DNA of 64,000 nucleotides from a virus. Shown piece after piece: positions 1-9,212 of the stretch (the stretch's first letter is position 1; every line of letters begins with the position of its first letter). The notes beneath the pieces are model-generated. The model did no database searches. It was not told the DNA's origin and saw only the letters and a list, made by a program, of their open reading frames with translations. The DNA is taken from IMG/VR virus record IMGVR_UViG_3300027749_000049, positions 1 through 64,000 of that record, one strand, 5' to 3'. The translations under genes were made by a program, and so were the position numbers.

Positions 1-1665
1 TCTTCTGGAACTGCTGGTACTTCAGGTTCTTCTGGTTCAACTGGTAGTTCTGGAACATCAGGTTCTAATGGATCTAACGGCTCATCAGGAACAAGCGGAA
101 CCTCAGGCTCTTCAGGTTCTTCTGGTTTAACCGGTAGCTCAGGAACTTCAGGTTCAAGCGGATCTAATGGTTCTTCAGGAACATCAGGTTCAAGTGGAAC
201 TTCTGGATCAAATGGAAGCTCAGGAACTAGTGGAACGTCAGGTTCTAGTGGATCGAATGGTTCATCTGGTACAAGTGGTTCTTCAGGTTCAAACGGTAGC
301 TCTGGAACATCAGGAACTTCTGGTTCAAGCGGATTAACAGGTTCTTCTGGAACTTCAGGCTCTTCAGGTTCAAACGGTTCAAGTGGAACTAGTGGTACTT
401 CAGGCTCAAGCGGTTCTAACGGAAGCTCAGGAACATCAGGTTCTAATGGCTCAAGCGGAACTGCTGGTACTTCAGGAAGTTCAGGCTCAAATGGTTCAAG
501 TGGTACGTCAGGTACATCAGGTTCTAATGGATCAAACGGAAGCTCAGGAACTTCAGGTTCAAACGGTTCTTCTGGTACGTCAGGTACTTCAGGTTCTAAT
601 GGATCAAATGGTTCAAGCGGTACTTCTGGTACATCGGGAACTTCAGGAGCAAATGGAGCAAACGGTTCATCAGGAACTTCCGGTTCAAATGGTTCTTCTG
701 GAACTTCAGGTTCTAATGGATCAAACGGCTCAAGTGGAACTTCAGGTTCTAACGGATCAAATGGATCAAGCGGTACGTCAGGTTCTAATGGAAGCTCAGG
801 AACATCTGGGTCAAACGGTTCTTCCGGAACAAGTGGAACATCAGGAACTTCAGGTTCAAACGGCTCTTCTGGAACTTCAGGTTCAAATGGTAGCTCAGGA
901 ACTTCAGGTACTTCTGGCTCAAATGGTTCTAGTGGATCTTCTGGTACTTCAGGTTCAAATGGATCTAATGGAAGCTCAGGAACTTCAGGTTCTAATGGCT
1001 CAAACGGTTCTAGTGGAACTTCAGGAACATCTGGTTCAAACGGCTCTTCTGGAACTGCTGGTACTTCAGGTTCTTCTGGTTCAACTGGTAGTTCTGGAAC
1101 ATCAGGTTCTAATGGATCTAACGGCTCATCAGGAACAAGCGGAACCTCAGGTTCAAATGGCTCTAACGGTAGCTCTGGTACTTCTGGAACTTCAGGTTCA
1201 AGCGGATCTAATGGTTCTTCAGGAACATCAGGTTCAAGTGGTTCTAACGGCTCAAGTGGTACTTCTGGTTCTAGTGGAAGCTCTGGCTCAAACGGTTCTT
1301 CGGGAACTTCAGGTTCTTCCGGTTCAAACGGTTCTAGTGGAACTTCTGGTTCTAGTGGATCAAACGGTAGCTCAGGTTCTAATGGTTCTAGTGGAACAAG
1401 TGGAACCTCAGGTTCTAATGGTAGCTCAGGTTCTAATGGTTCTTCTGGTACTTCTGGCTCAAATGGATCTAACGGAAGCTCAGGAACTTCTGGTTCAAAT
1501 GGTTCTTCTGGAACAAGTGGAACCTCAGGTTCTAATGGTAGCTCAGGCTCAAATGGTTCTAGTGGAACCTCTGGTACTTCTGGTTCTTCTGGAACTTCTG
1601 GTACACGCGGAACTTCTGGTACTTCTGGAACTAGCGGTTCTTCCGGAACTTCTGGAACAAGTGGA
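1..1665 (+). repeat. Coding tandem repeat block 1 (GlySerSer/GlyThrSer/GlySerAsn 9-nt units)
   Basis: Degenerate 9-nt units such as ggttcttct, ggaacttca and ggttcaaac; includes an exact 107-nt duplicate (1-107 = 1045-1151). Confidence 0.9.
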
Positions 1666-4029
1666 TTATCTGCTTCTCCTCCAGCAAACTCTTTGATTTA
1701 TAATAATTGGGGTAGTTATTCAGCAGGTGGATGGTCATCTACTGGATCAGTCGGTCAACCTTTATCAGCATTCGCATTTATAGCATTCTATGAAACAAGT
1801 CTTATTGATTATATAGGTACTGCTGGATCTACTGGAAATGCTGCTAGCTTCTTTACCGGTCTTGCAATTGGTGATAAGATCCAACTTTATTATGTTGACG
1901 GCACCGGCTACGGTATTTACAATGTAACTTCAACTGCTTCACTTTCATTAGGTATGTATACAATTGGTGTTTCAGTTATATCTACTACTGGCACTGTTCA
2001 AGCTAAAAATATGACTGTGTCATATGTAGTTAGCGGAACTTCCGGTACTGCTGGTACGTCAGGTTCATCTGGTACTTCAGGAACACGTGGTACTTCAGGT
2101 ACTTCCGGTACATCAGGTTCAAACGGTTCTTCAGGAACAAGCGGTACATCTGGCGCAAACGGTGCTAACGGTTCTTCAGGAACAAGTGGAACATCAGGTT
2201 CTTCAGGTTCTAACGGTTCAAATGGCTCAAGTGGTACTTCAGGAAGTTCAGGCTCAAATGGTTCTAATGGTTCTTCCGGAACTAGCGGAACCTCAGGTTC
2301 AAGCGGTAGTTCAGGAACATCAGGAACCTCCGGTTCAAGCGGAACCGCTGGAACATCAGGAACGTCCGGTAGTTCAGGTTCTAACGGTTCTAGTGGAACA
2401 TCAGGTTCTAATGGAAGCTCTGGCTCAAATGGTAGTTCAGGAACATCTGGTACTTCTGGAGTAAATGGAGCTAATGGTACATCAGGCACAAGTGGTACAT
2501 CAGGTTCTTCAGGGTCAAACGGTTCTTCTGGTTCAAGCGGAACTTCAGGTTCTAGTGGATCAAACGGAAGCTCGGGATCAAACGGAAGTTCTGGTACCTC
2601 AGGTAATACCGGTTCTTCTGGAACTTCAGGTTCGAGCGGATCGAATGGCTCAAACGGTTCAAGTGGAACTTCTGGTTCTAGTGGCTCAAACGGTTCGTCG
2701 GGAACATCAGGTTCAAGCGGATCGAATGGTAGTTCTGGAACTTCAGGTTCTTCAGGCTCAACCGGCTCTTCAGGTACAAGTGGAGTTTCTGGTGCATCAG
2801 GTACGTCCGGCACCTCTGGAACAAGTGGTACTTCAGGTACGTCCGGGTCAAACGGTTCAAGCGGAACTTCGGGTACATCTGGAAGCTCAGGTAATACTGG
2901 TTCTTCAGGAACTTCAGGCTCAAGTGGCTCAAACGGTTCAAGTGGAACTGCTGGAACATCAGGTTCTAATGGTTCAAGCGGAACTTCAGGAACATCAGGA
3001 GCTAATGGAGCTAATGGTTCTTCTGGAACAAGTGGTACCTCTGGAGCAAATGGAGCTAACGGTTCGTCTGGAACAAGCGGAACTTCAGGTGCAAATGGTG
3101 CTAATGGAACAAGTGGAACTTCAGGTGCAAATGGAGCTAATGGAACAAGCGGAACTTCTGGAACTTCAGGTGCAAACGGTTCAAGTGGTACTTCAGGTGC
3201 AACTGGAGCTAACGGTTCTTCTGGAACTTCAGGAGCAAATGGTGCTAATGGTTCAAGCGGTACGTCAGGCGCAAACGGAGCTAATGGTTCAAGCGGTACT
3301 TCAGGTGCAAATGGAGCTAATGGTTCAAGCGGTACTTCTGGATCTAGTGGAACTTCTGGAAGAGCTGGAGGAAATGGTACTGACGGAAGCTCAGGAACTT
3401 CTGGAGCAAATGGTGCTAATGGTACAAGCGGTACTTCTGGAGCAAATGGTGCTAATGGTACATCAGGCACAAGCGGTACTTCCGGTGCAACTGGTGGAAG
3501 CGGTTCTTCTGGAACGTCAGGAACACGAGGTACCTCTGGTACTTCAGGAACAAGCGGAAGTTCAGTAGTAATATCACTTACGGCTGGAAAAATTCCTAAA
3601 ACAAATACAGGCGGAGCAACCTTAACTGACAGTATTATTACAGAGGCTAGCGGAAAGATCGGAGTTGGAATTAGCCCAACCACTTATGTATTTGAAGTAG
3701 CTGGTGATATTTATGCTAGTTCTAATATTATTGCATATTCAGATCGATCAGTTAAAGATAATGTGAAGACCATCACTGATGCTCTAGATAAGGTAACATC
3801 AATGAGAGGCGTTACATTCACCAGAAATGATCAAAAAGATACGACACGGATTCATGCGGGTGTTATTGCTCAGGAAATGGAAATGGTATTCCCAGAAGTT
3901 GTATTTGAAAATGCGGATGGTACCAAGGCAGTTGCCTATCCAGCCCTTGTGTCGGTTCTAATTGAGGCAATCAAGCAACAGCAACACCAAATTGATGACT
4001 TAAGGGATCAAATTGAAAAATTATTATAA
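1..4029 (+). CDS. Tail fibre-like protein, 5'-partial: Gly-X-Y (GSS/GTS/GSN/GAN) repeats plus C-terminal peptidase S74 intramolecular chaperone
   Basis: Frame 1 is open from base 1 and continuous with the called ORF at 1693 (TTG in the same frame). Gly occurs every third residue over ~1-1665 and ~2032-3561. The C-terminus SDRSVKDNV...RGVTF...GVIAQE...VAYPALVSVLIEAIK plus coiled coil is the S74 chaperone signature. Confidence 0.88.
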   Translation, partial: SSGTAGTSGSSGSTGSSGTSGSNGSNGSSGTSGTSGSSGSSGLTGSSGTSGSSGSNGSSGTSGSSGTSGSNGSSGTSGTSGSSGSNGSSGTSGSSGSNGSSGTSGTSGSSGLTGSSGTSGSSGSNGSSGTSGTSGSSGSNGSSGTSGSNGSSGTAGTSGSSGSNGSSGTSGTSGSNGSNGSSGTSGSNGSSGTSGTSGSNGSNGSSGTSGTSGTSGANGANGSSGTSGSNGSSGTSGSNGSNGSSGTSGSNGSNGSSGTSGSNGSSGTSGSNGSSGTSGTSGTSGSNGSSGTSGSNGSSGTSGTSGSNGSSGSSGTSGSNGSNGSSGTSGSNGSNGSSGTSGTSGSNGSSGTAGTSGSSGSTGSSGTSGSNGSNGSSGTSGTSGSNGSNGSSGTSGTSGSSGSNGSSGTSGSSGSNGSSGTSGSSGSSGSNGSSGTSGSSGSNGSSGTSGSSGSNGSSGSNGSSGTSGTSGSNGSSGSNGSSGTSGSNGSNGSSGTSGSNGSSGTSGTSGSNGSSGSNGSSGTSGTSGSSGTSGTRGTSGTSGTSGSSGTSGTSGLSASPPANSLIYNNWGSYSAGGWSSTGSVGQPLSAFAFIAFYETSLIDYIGTAGSTGNAASFFTGLAIGDKIQLYYVDGTGYGIYNVTSTASLSLGMYTIGVSVISTTGTVQAKNMTVSYVVSGTSGTAGTSGSSGTSGTRGTSGTSGTSGSNGSSGTSGTSGANGANGSSGTSGTSGSSGSNGSNGSSGTSGSSGSNGSNGSSGTSGTSGSSGSSGTSGTSGSSGTAGTSGTSGSSGSNGSSGTSGSNGSSGSNGSSGTSGTSGVNGANGTSGTSGTSGSSGSNGSSGSSGTSGSSGSNGSSGSNGSSGTSGNTGSSGTSGSSGSNGSNGSSGTSGSSGSNGSSGTSGSSGSNGSSGTSGSSGSTGSSGTSGVSGASGTSGTSGTSGTSGTSGSNGSSGTSGTSGSSGNTGSSGTSGSSGSNGSSGTAGTSGSNGSSGTSGTSGANGANGSSGTSGTSGANGANGSSGTSGTSGANGANGTSGTSGANGANGTSGTSGTSGANGSSGTSGATGANGSSGTSGANGANGSSGTSGANGANGSSGTSGANGANGSSGTSGSSGTSGRAGGNGTDGSSGTSGANGANGTSGTSGANGANGTSGTSGTSGATGGSGSSGTSGTRGTSGTSGTSGSSVVISLTAGKIPKTNTGGATLTDSIITEASGKIGVGISPTTYVFEVAGDIYASSNIIAYSDRSVKDNVKTITDALDKVTSMRGVTFTRNDQKDTTRIHAGVIAQEMEMVFPEVVFENADGTKAVAYPALVSVLIEAIKQQQHQIDDLRDQIEKLL
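2032..3561 (+). repeat. Coding tandem repeat block 2 (GSS/GTS/GAN units)
   Basis: Same 9-nt periodicity, shifting to GANGANGSSGTS units after ~3000. Confidence 0.9.
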
Positions 4030-4032
4030 TTA

Positions 4033-4728
4033 ATGCCAACCACAATAGTAGGAGCATCTAGCGGTCAAATGTCTATTCAGGATGCAGGCAATGACACGAG
4101 ATCAATTGCAGCAATCTTAACCCAGACGACTGGAAGCGGTAGCAACACCGGTGTTCGTCCAAATAAAACCGGCCTGCCAGAGTTTTATTGGTCATTTACC
4201 AATGTCGGTGGTTCTGGTGCTGGAAATTTTTATATTAATCGTAATGACCCTCAAGGTTTAGCCTATTGGACCCAAGCCTATACCGGCTACCCCATCGGAT
4301 TTGACCAATTTTATAATTATGATCATTGGTCTGATAAACATTACTATGATGGGCAGATTTCAGTAACCTCGCCTTTTGCAGTACAGGTGGACCTATCGTT
4401 AGACGATTCATTCCAAGGCCCTTCTACCTATATGTCTAATACGTATAGTACTGGGCCAGGGCAATCACTAACTGGTGGACTTACTTTATATAATTATCAA
4501 CACACCTATCCAAATACCCCATTTAACGTGCATCAAATTAGGCTAACCAGTCTTGCACCTCCTGGTCCAATGATAAGTGTAAATACGCTTGATGTAACTG
4601 ACCTTGATACTGGAGCTACAATTGCCTCGTTCGGCGGTGGAACTATATTAGCTCCAGGTGCACCGAAGGATTTTAACCATAAATTACCATTTAATGGTAG
4701 ATATTATATTACAATTAATATTGCCTAA
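4033..4728 (+). CDS. Hypothetical virion/tail-fibre-associated protein
   Basis: 231-aa Gly/Thr/aromatic-rich, beta-type ORF starting 3 nt after the fibre stop. Confidence 0.65.
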   Translation: MPTTIVGASSGQMSIQDAGNDTRSIAAILTQTTGSGSNTGVRPNKTGLPEFYWSFTNVGGSGAGNFYINRNDPQGLAYWTQAYTGYPIGFDQFYNYDHWSDKHYYDGQISVTSPFAVQVDLSLDDSFQGPSTYMSNTYSTGPGQSLTGGLTLYNYQHTYPNTPFNVHQIRLTSLAPPGPMISVNTLDVTDLDTGATIASFGGGTILAPGAPKDFNHKLPFNGRYYITINIA

Positions 4729-4747
4729 ACTAAAAATAAATAAAGAT

Positions 4748-4987
4748 ATGACCACAGATATTCAAAACTATTCAGTACTTGGTAAAACTGCAACAAGTAT
4801 TAAATTTATACCCGTAACCTATGAATTGGGTTCAACTGCAGTTTCGGTAATTTATCAATTAATGGATAGCGGCAATGCAATCATATGCACAGGCTCAATT
4901 AAATTAACTGATATATCAGATTGGGGTACAAATGACTCAGTCATTGTTACTAAAGTCTTAACTGCACTAGGCTTAACCACCGCATAA
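4748..4987 (+). CDS. Small hypothetical tail-fibre accessory protein
   Basis: ATG at 4748, in frame with the called 4658 ORF and just after ATAAATA at 4736-4742; WG.ND motif. Confidence 0.6.
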   Translation: MTTDIQNYSVLGKTATSIKFIPVTYELGSTAVSVIYQLMDSGNAIICTGSIKLTDISDWGTNDSVIVTKVLTALGLTTA

Positions 4988-5053
4988 TTTTTTTTAAGAC
5001 TACATAACCTTATTGCCAAACTTTAGTATAAAATAAAAAGTTTAGCAAAAGGC

Positions 5054-7864
5054 ATGTCAATTAAAATTAAAGCGCACACCTCAATTATTGGGGAAACTGG
5101 TTACAACTGTCATTCTAGAAATTTCTTTAAAGCCCTAAATTCTCTAGAAGATTTACAGGTTGATGCCAGAAATTGGACAGTAGGTTCAACCTGGACAGGT
5201 TACAATAATGATGAACCTCATAATGATGAGTACTATATTGATACTGAGTTAAAAACAATCCTAACTCAACAAACTCTACAGACCCCAAACGGTTCACAAG
5301 AGTTTCCACTATATCAAAACTATCAAAATCCTGGAAAACCTGATGTTCACATTGTCTTAAATGATGTTAATCATAAATATTTTGGTGATAAGTATGATGG
5401 CCCAAAAATTGCCTATAATGTTTGGGAAACTACCAAATATCCTGATGATTTTTTTAATAAACTAAAAACATTTGATCAGGTTTGGGTTCCAAGCAGCTGG
5501 CAAAAAGAGTGCACGGTTGCTCAAGGTATCAGAGCAGATAAAGTAAAGGTTGTACCTGAGGGAGTTGATACCCAAATGTTTAAACCGCTTTCGCAAGAGA
5601 CCTCATTTCCAAAAGGTCGCCCATTCAAATTTGTTTTAGTTGGGCGTTGGGAATATCGCAAATCGACTAAAGAGATTATAAAGGCATTCATTGATACCTT
5701 TTCAGAAGATGAAAATGTTGAGCTTATCTTAAATGTTGAAAATCCATTTGCAAATGATGACTGTTCAAATACTCAAGAACGCCTTGCCAAATTTGGCTTA
5801 GCACATAGAGGTATTAAGATACTTACTCATTTAAGCAAAGCCGACTATGTAGCATTATTACAAACGGCTGATGTCTTTGTTTCTTGTGCTCGTAGTGAAG
5901 GTTGGAATCTTCCATTAATTGAGGCAATGGCCTGCGGTACCCCATCAATCTATTCTAATTGGGGAGCTCAATTAGAATTTGCCGCAGGTAAAGGTTTGCC
6001 GGTAGCAACCCATGGAGAAGTTCCAGCTGGTGTTGCAAATGATGAATCCTGGAATCCAAATGCTCCAGGTAATTTTGTTGAGCCAAACTTTGAAGACCTT
6101 AAACTTAGACTTAGAGAAGTTTATGATAATTATGAAATTTATAAAAAATCCGCGCTAATGGAATCAAAACAAATCCGAACTCAATTCACTTGGGAAAATG
6201 CAGCAAAAATCGCACAAGATCACATCCAGGAACTTATTCAACCTGAGGTAAATGAATACTCAACTGACTTTGCATGGGTGACCTGTGGTAACCTGGCATA
6301 TATGCCGATCATTCAGAAATTAGCTGAATCGCTATTGGAATTCTCAAATCGTAAACTTATTGTTTATGGAATTGACTGTGATGTTCCATTTGACTATTTG
6401 CCAAATGTAATTGCCCGAAAATTAACAATTCCATACTATTCAAACTATGATAAATGGTATTGGAAGCAATATGCCTGTCTTGCAGCATTTAACGAAAGTT
6501 TTGAAAATTTTGTTTGGCTAGACGGTGATATTATTGCAAACCATACAATTGATAAATTAGCAGATCATTTTGCAAATATTGAGAATTATCCATTAGCTGA
6601 TATTCATGTACAGGAAGATTTTATTGGATATTATACAAAACCAGACGGGTCAAGAGGTCAGCAGCTATTTAATGAAAATCTATGCAAAGCCAAAGGCGTT
6701 AATCGTCTTGCGACTAAAGCCCATATTTGCATGTACTTATACAATCGAAATTGCGAATGGTGGTTTAATGAAATCTTAAATGTATATAAAGAAACTGCTC
6801 TTACTGACTATCCAAGTTTACTGCAATGGAATGATGAAGGTATTGATAATTACCTAAGATGCAAATACGGTTATAATAAGTTTTTACCAATTTCAAATTT
6901 TGATGTTTCTGAATGGGATGGTGATTTACTTGGAACAACCGGCAAAGCAATGGAACACTTTATTTCTTTTTGGAGAGATCAAGGCCCTAAGAATTTTGGA
7001 AAAGTATACGGTTGGCAGTTTATCCCAAAGAATAAAGATCAAATCCTATACTTTCATGGAAATAAAAATCTAGGCTTTGCTCAAATTATGATTGACCATA
7101 TTAAAGCTCAAAGAGACCAGAATTTCCATGATACTGAATATTTCTTTGTTGCTAAAGATGAAATTAAAAATTTAGGTTCAATCAAAAAAGTAGAAGGTGG
7201 TACAATGGATATTGCCTATAAATACGGATGGGATTATGCAATTTATCATGAAATTTATAACCTAACTGATTACGAACATCCTCATCGCTCAGAAAATCCA
7301 GTTGTTAAAATCCAACCAGGAGATGTAGTTGTTGATCTTGGTGGAAATATTGGAATTTTTACTCGGTATGCATACCATATGGGAGCAAGTAAAATTGTAA
7401 CATTTGAACCTGATCGTAGATATTTTGAGATCCTAAAACAAAATGCTCCAGCAAATGCCATCCTATTTAATGCAGCAATTGGAGATCAGTTAGGAACCCT
7501 AACCTTAACTGAAAGTTCTCACTTGGGCGGCTCTAACCTATGGCATCAAAAGGATCCAACTCTTACTCAATACGATGTTAATCTATACACATTAGACTAT
7601 ATTTTAGATAACGGGCTAATTGACAGAATTGACTTCTTAAAGGTAGATATTGAAGGTTCTGAAATTATTGCACTAAAAGGTATCAGTGATGCTAACTTAG
7701 CTAAGATCCGAAATGTTGCAGTTGAATATCATCATGAGCACCTTAATTTTAATGATGAGCTACGCAATGAATTTATTGGCAGATTTAACAGATTAGGTTT
7801 TAATTCCTACCTATTATTTTGCGGCCCAAACAATGCACTACAATTAATTTATTTTTGGAAATAA
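5054..7864 (+). CDS. Multidomain glycosyltransferase: GT4 (GT-B) + GT-A-like domain + FkbM-family methyltransferase
   Basis: GT4 motif RSEGWNLPLIEAMACG; central DxD (WLDGD) and YFHGNK; C-terminal VVDLGGNIG...FLKVDIEGSE...VEYH typical of FkbM. Confidence 0.85.
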   Translation: MSIKIKAHTSIIGETGYNCHSRNFFKALNSLEDLQVDARNWTVGSTWTGYNNDEPHNDEYYIDTELKTILTQQTLQTPNGSQEFPLYQNYQNPGKPDVHIVLNDVNHKYFGDKYDGPKIAYNVWETTKYPDDFFNKLKTFDQVWVPSSWQKECTVAQGIRADKVKVVPEGVDTQMFKPLSQETSFPKGRPFKFVLVGRWEYRKSTKEIIKAFIDTFSEDENVELILNVENPFANDDCSNTQERLAKFGLAHRGIKILTHLSKADYVALLQTADVFVSCARSEGWNLPLIEAMACGTPSIYSNWGAQLEFAAGKGLPVATHGEVPAGVANDESWNPNAPGNFVEPNFEDLKLRLREVYDNYEIYKKSALMESKQIRTQFTWENAAKIAQDHIQELIQPEVNEYSTDFAWVTCGNLAYMPIIQKLAESLLEFSNRKLIVYGIDCDVPFDYLPNVIARKLTIPYYSNYDKWYWKQYACLAAFNESFENFVWLDGDIIANHTIDKLADHFANIENYPLADIHVQEDFIGYYTKPDGSRGQQLFNENLCKAKGVNRLATKAHICMYLYNRNCEWWFNEILNVYKETALTDYPSLLQWNDEGIDNYLRCKYGYNKFLPISNFDVSEWDGDLLGTTGKAMEHFISFWRDQGPKNFGKVYGWQFIPKNKDQILYFHGNKNLGFAQIMIDHIKAQRDQNFHDTEYFFVAKDEIKNLGSIKKVEGGTMDIAYKYGWDYAIYHEIYNLTDYEHPHRSENPVVKIQPGDVVVDLGGNIGIFTRYAYHMGASKIVTFEPDRRYFEILKQNAPANAILFNAAIGDQLGTLTLTESSHLGGSNLWHQKDPTLTQYDVNLYTLDYILDNGLIDRIDFLKVDIEGSEIIALKGISDANLAKIRNVAVEYHHEHLNFNDELRNEFIGRFNRLGFNSYLLFCGPNNALQLIYFWK

Positions 7865-7873
7865 CTAAACAAT

Positions 7874-8569
7874 ATGATAACGACCTTTAAGCAAGACCCT
7901 GAAATACTTAACTCAATTAGTCCAAAAAACTATTTAGAGAGTTATTTTATAAACAATGAAAAACGAAAAATTCATAAATGGTTTCACTATTTAGAAATCT
8001 ATGAGGCTCACTTTAGTAAATTTAGAGATACTCCAGTAAATATCCTTGAGATTGGAATTGACAATGGAGGCTCGTTACAAATGTGGAAAGACTATTTTGG
8101 TAAAAACTGCAAGATCTATGGAATTGATATTCTTGAAAAATGTAAAGAGTATGAAGATGATCAAATTAACATAATTATCGGATCTCAAGAAGATCGTAAT
8201 TTTTGGAAAACCGTAAAGGATACTTGTCCAAAATTTGATATTATAATAGATGATGGAGGTCATACTATGAATCAACAAGTAATTACTTACGAAGAAATGT
8301 TTCCATTTTTAAATGACAATGGTGTCTATTTATGCGAAGATGTGCATACCTCATATTGGCCTGGAGAATATGGTGGAAGTTATAAAGGAAATACCTTCAT
8401 TGAATATTCTAAAAATTTCATAGACTATTTACATGCATCATATTCATCAGCCATACCTAAAACCTATTCAGGAGATAATATCCACGGTATTCATTATTAC
8501 GATAGTATGATAGTAATTGAAAAACGAAAAAAGCCACAAATATTTCATACTGTTACTGGAAAAATATAA
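7874..8569 (+). CDS. Class I SAM-dependent methyltransferase (sugar O-methyltransferase-like)
   Basis: LEIGIDNGGSLQMW, YGIDI, DIIIDDGGH and CEDVHTSY motifs. Confidence 0.85.
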   Translation: MITTFKQDPEILNSISPKNYLESYFINNEKRKIHKWFHYLEIYEAHFSKFRDTPVNILEIGIDNGGSLQMWKDYFGKNCKIYGIDILEKCKEYEDDQINIIIGSQEDRNFWKTVKDTCPKFDIIIDDGGHTMNQQVITYEEMFPFLNDNGVYLCEDVHTSYWPGEYGGSYKGNTFIEYSKNFIDYLHASYSSAIPKTYSGDNIHGIHYYDSMIVIEKRKKPQIFHTVTGKI

Positions 8570-8576
8570 ATTAACT

Positions 8577-9209
8577 ATGCAAAGATACGATATAATAAAC
8601 GAATTAATTCTAAAAAATGGTTTTACCAAATATTTAGAAATTGGAGTTAGGGAGCCTAATGACTGCTTTAACTTAATTAATATTAATACAAAACATTCAG
8701 TTGATCCATGTTTTGAAGTTGATGCTCAAATCGACTATAAACAGACATCTGACCAATTCTTTAGGTCATTAAGAGATTCCGAATTAAATTTAGACCCTAA
8801 TTATAAATGGGATATTATTTTTATTGACGGCCTTCATGAGTCTGACCAAGTTGACCGAGATATTGAAAATTCGCTAGCGCATCTTAGTCCAACTGGCTAT
8901 ATTGTTTTACATGACTGTAATCCACCAACAATCCATCATGCTCGGGAAGATTTTTACGATCACTCTACTCCAGCCGAAGGTAATTGGAATGGAACTGTTT
9001 GGAAAGCAATATATAAGTATCGAGCAACCAGACCGGATCTTGAAATTTTTACAATTGATACAGATTGGGGCGTTGGTATTATTAAACACGGTTTTCAAGA
9101 ATGTTGCGATTTTGACAATCCATACTATGAGTACAATAAATTTAACAATGAACGTGGCCTCTACTTAAACTTAATTAGCGTAGACGAGTTTTTAAAAAAT
9201 AAACTATAA
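8577..9209 (+). CDS. Class I SAM-dependent methyltransferase (Methyltransf_24-like)
   Basis: YLEIGV, DIIFIDGLH, IVLHDCNP and WNGTVWKA motifs; start moved to the ATG at 8577. Confidence 0.85.
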   Translation: MQRYDIINELILKNGFTKYLEIGVREPNDCFNLININTKHSVDPCFEVDAQIDYKQTSDQFFRSLRDSELNLDPNYKWDIIFIDGLHESDQVDRDIENSLAHLSPTGYIVLHDCNPPTIHHAREDFYDHSTPAEGNWNGTVWKAIYKYRATRPDLEIFTIDTDWGVGIIKHGFQECCDFDNPYYEYNKFNNERGLYLNLISVDEFLKNKL

Positions 9210-9212
9210 TAA

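Noticed and set aside
1693-1695. TTG start for the fibre
   Set aside because: The frame is open from base 1, so the real start lies upstream of the window.
1-3561. CRISPR array or DGR-type repeat
   Set aside because: The repeats are degenerate coding triplets without unique spacers. No cas operon or reverse transcriptase is present in the window.
383-3683. Long ORFs 383..1696, 2087..2464, 2465..3568 (+) and 1998..3683, 2678..2959 (-)
   Set aside because: Shadow frames of the 9-nt Gly-X-Y repeat, whose codons lack stops in other frames. Only frame 1 joins the globular and S74 domains.
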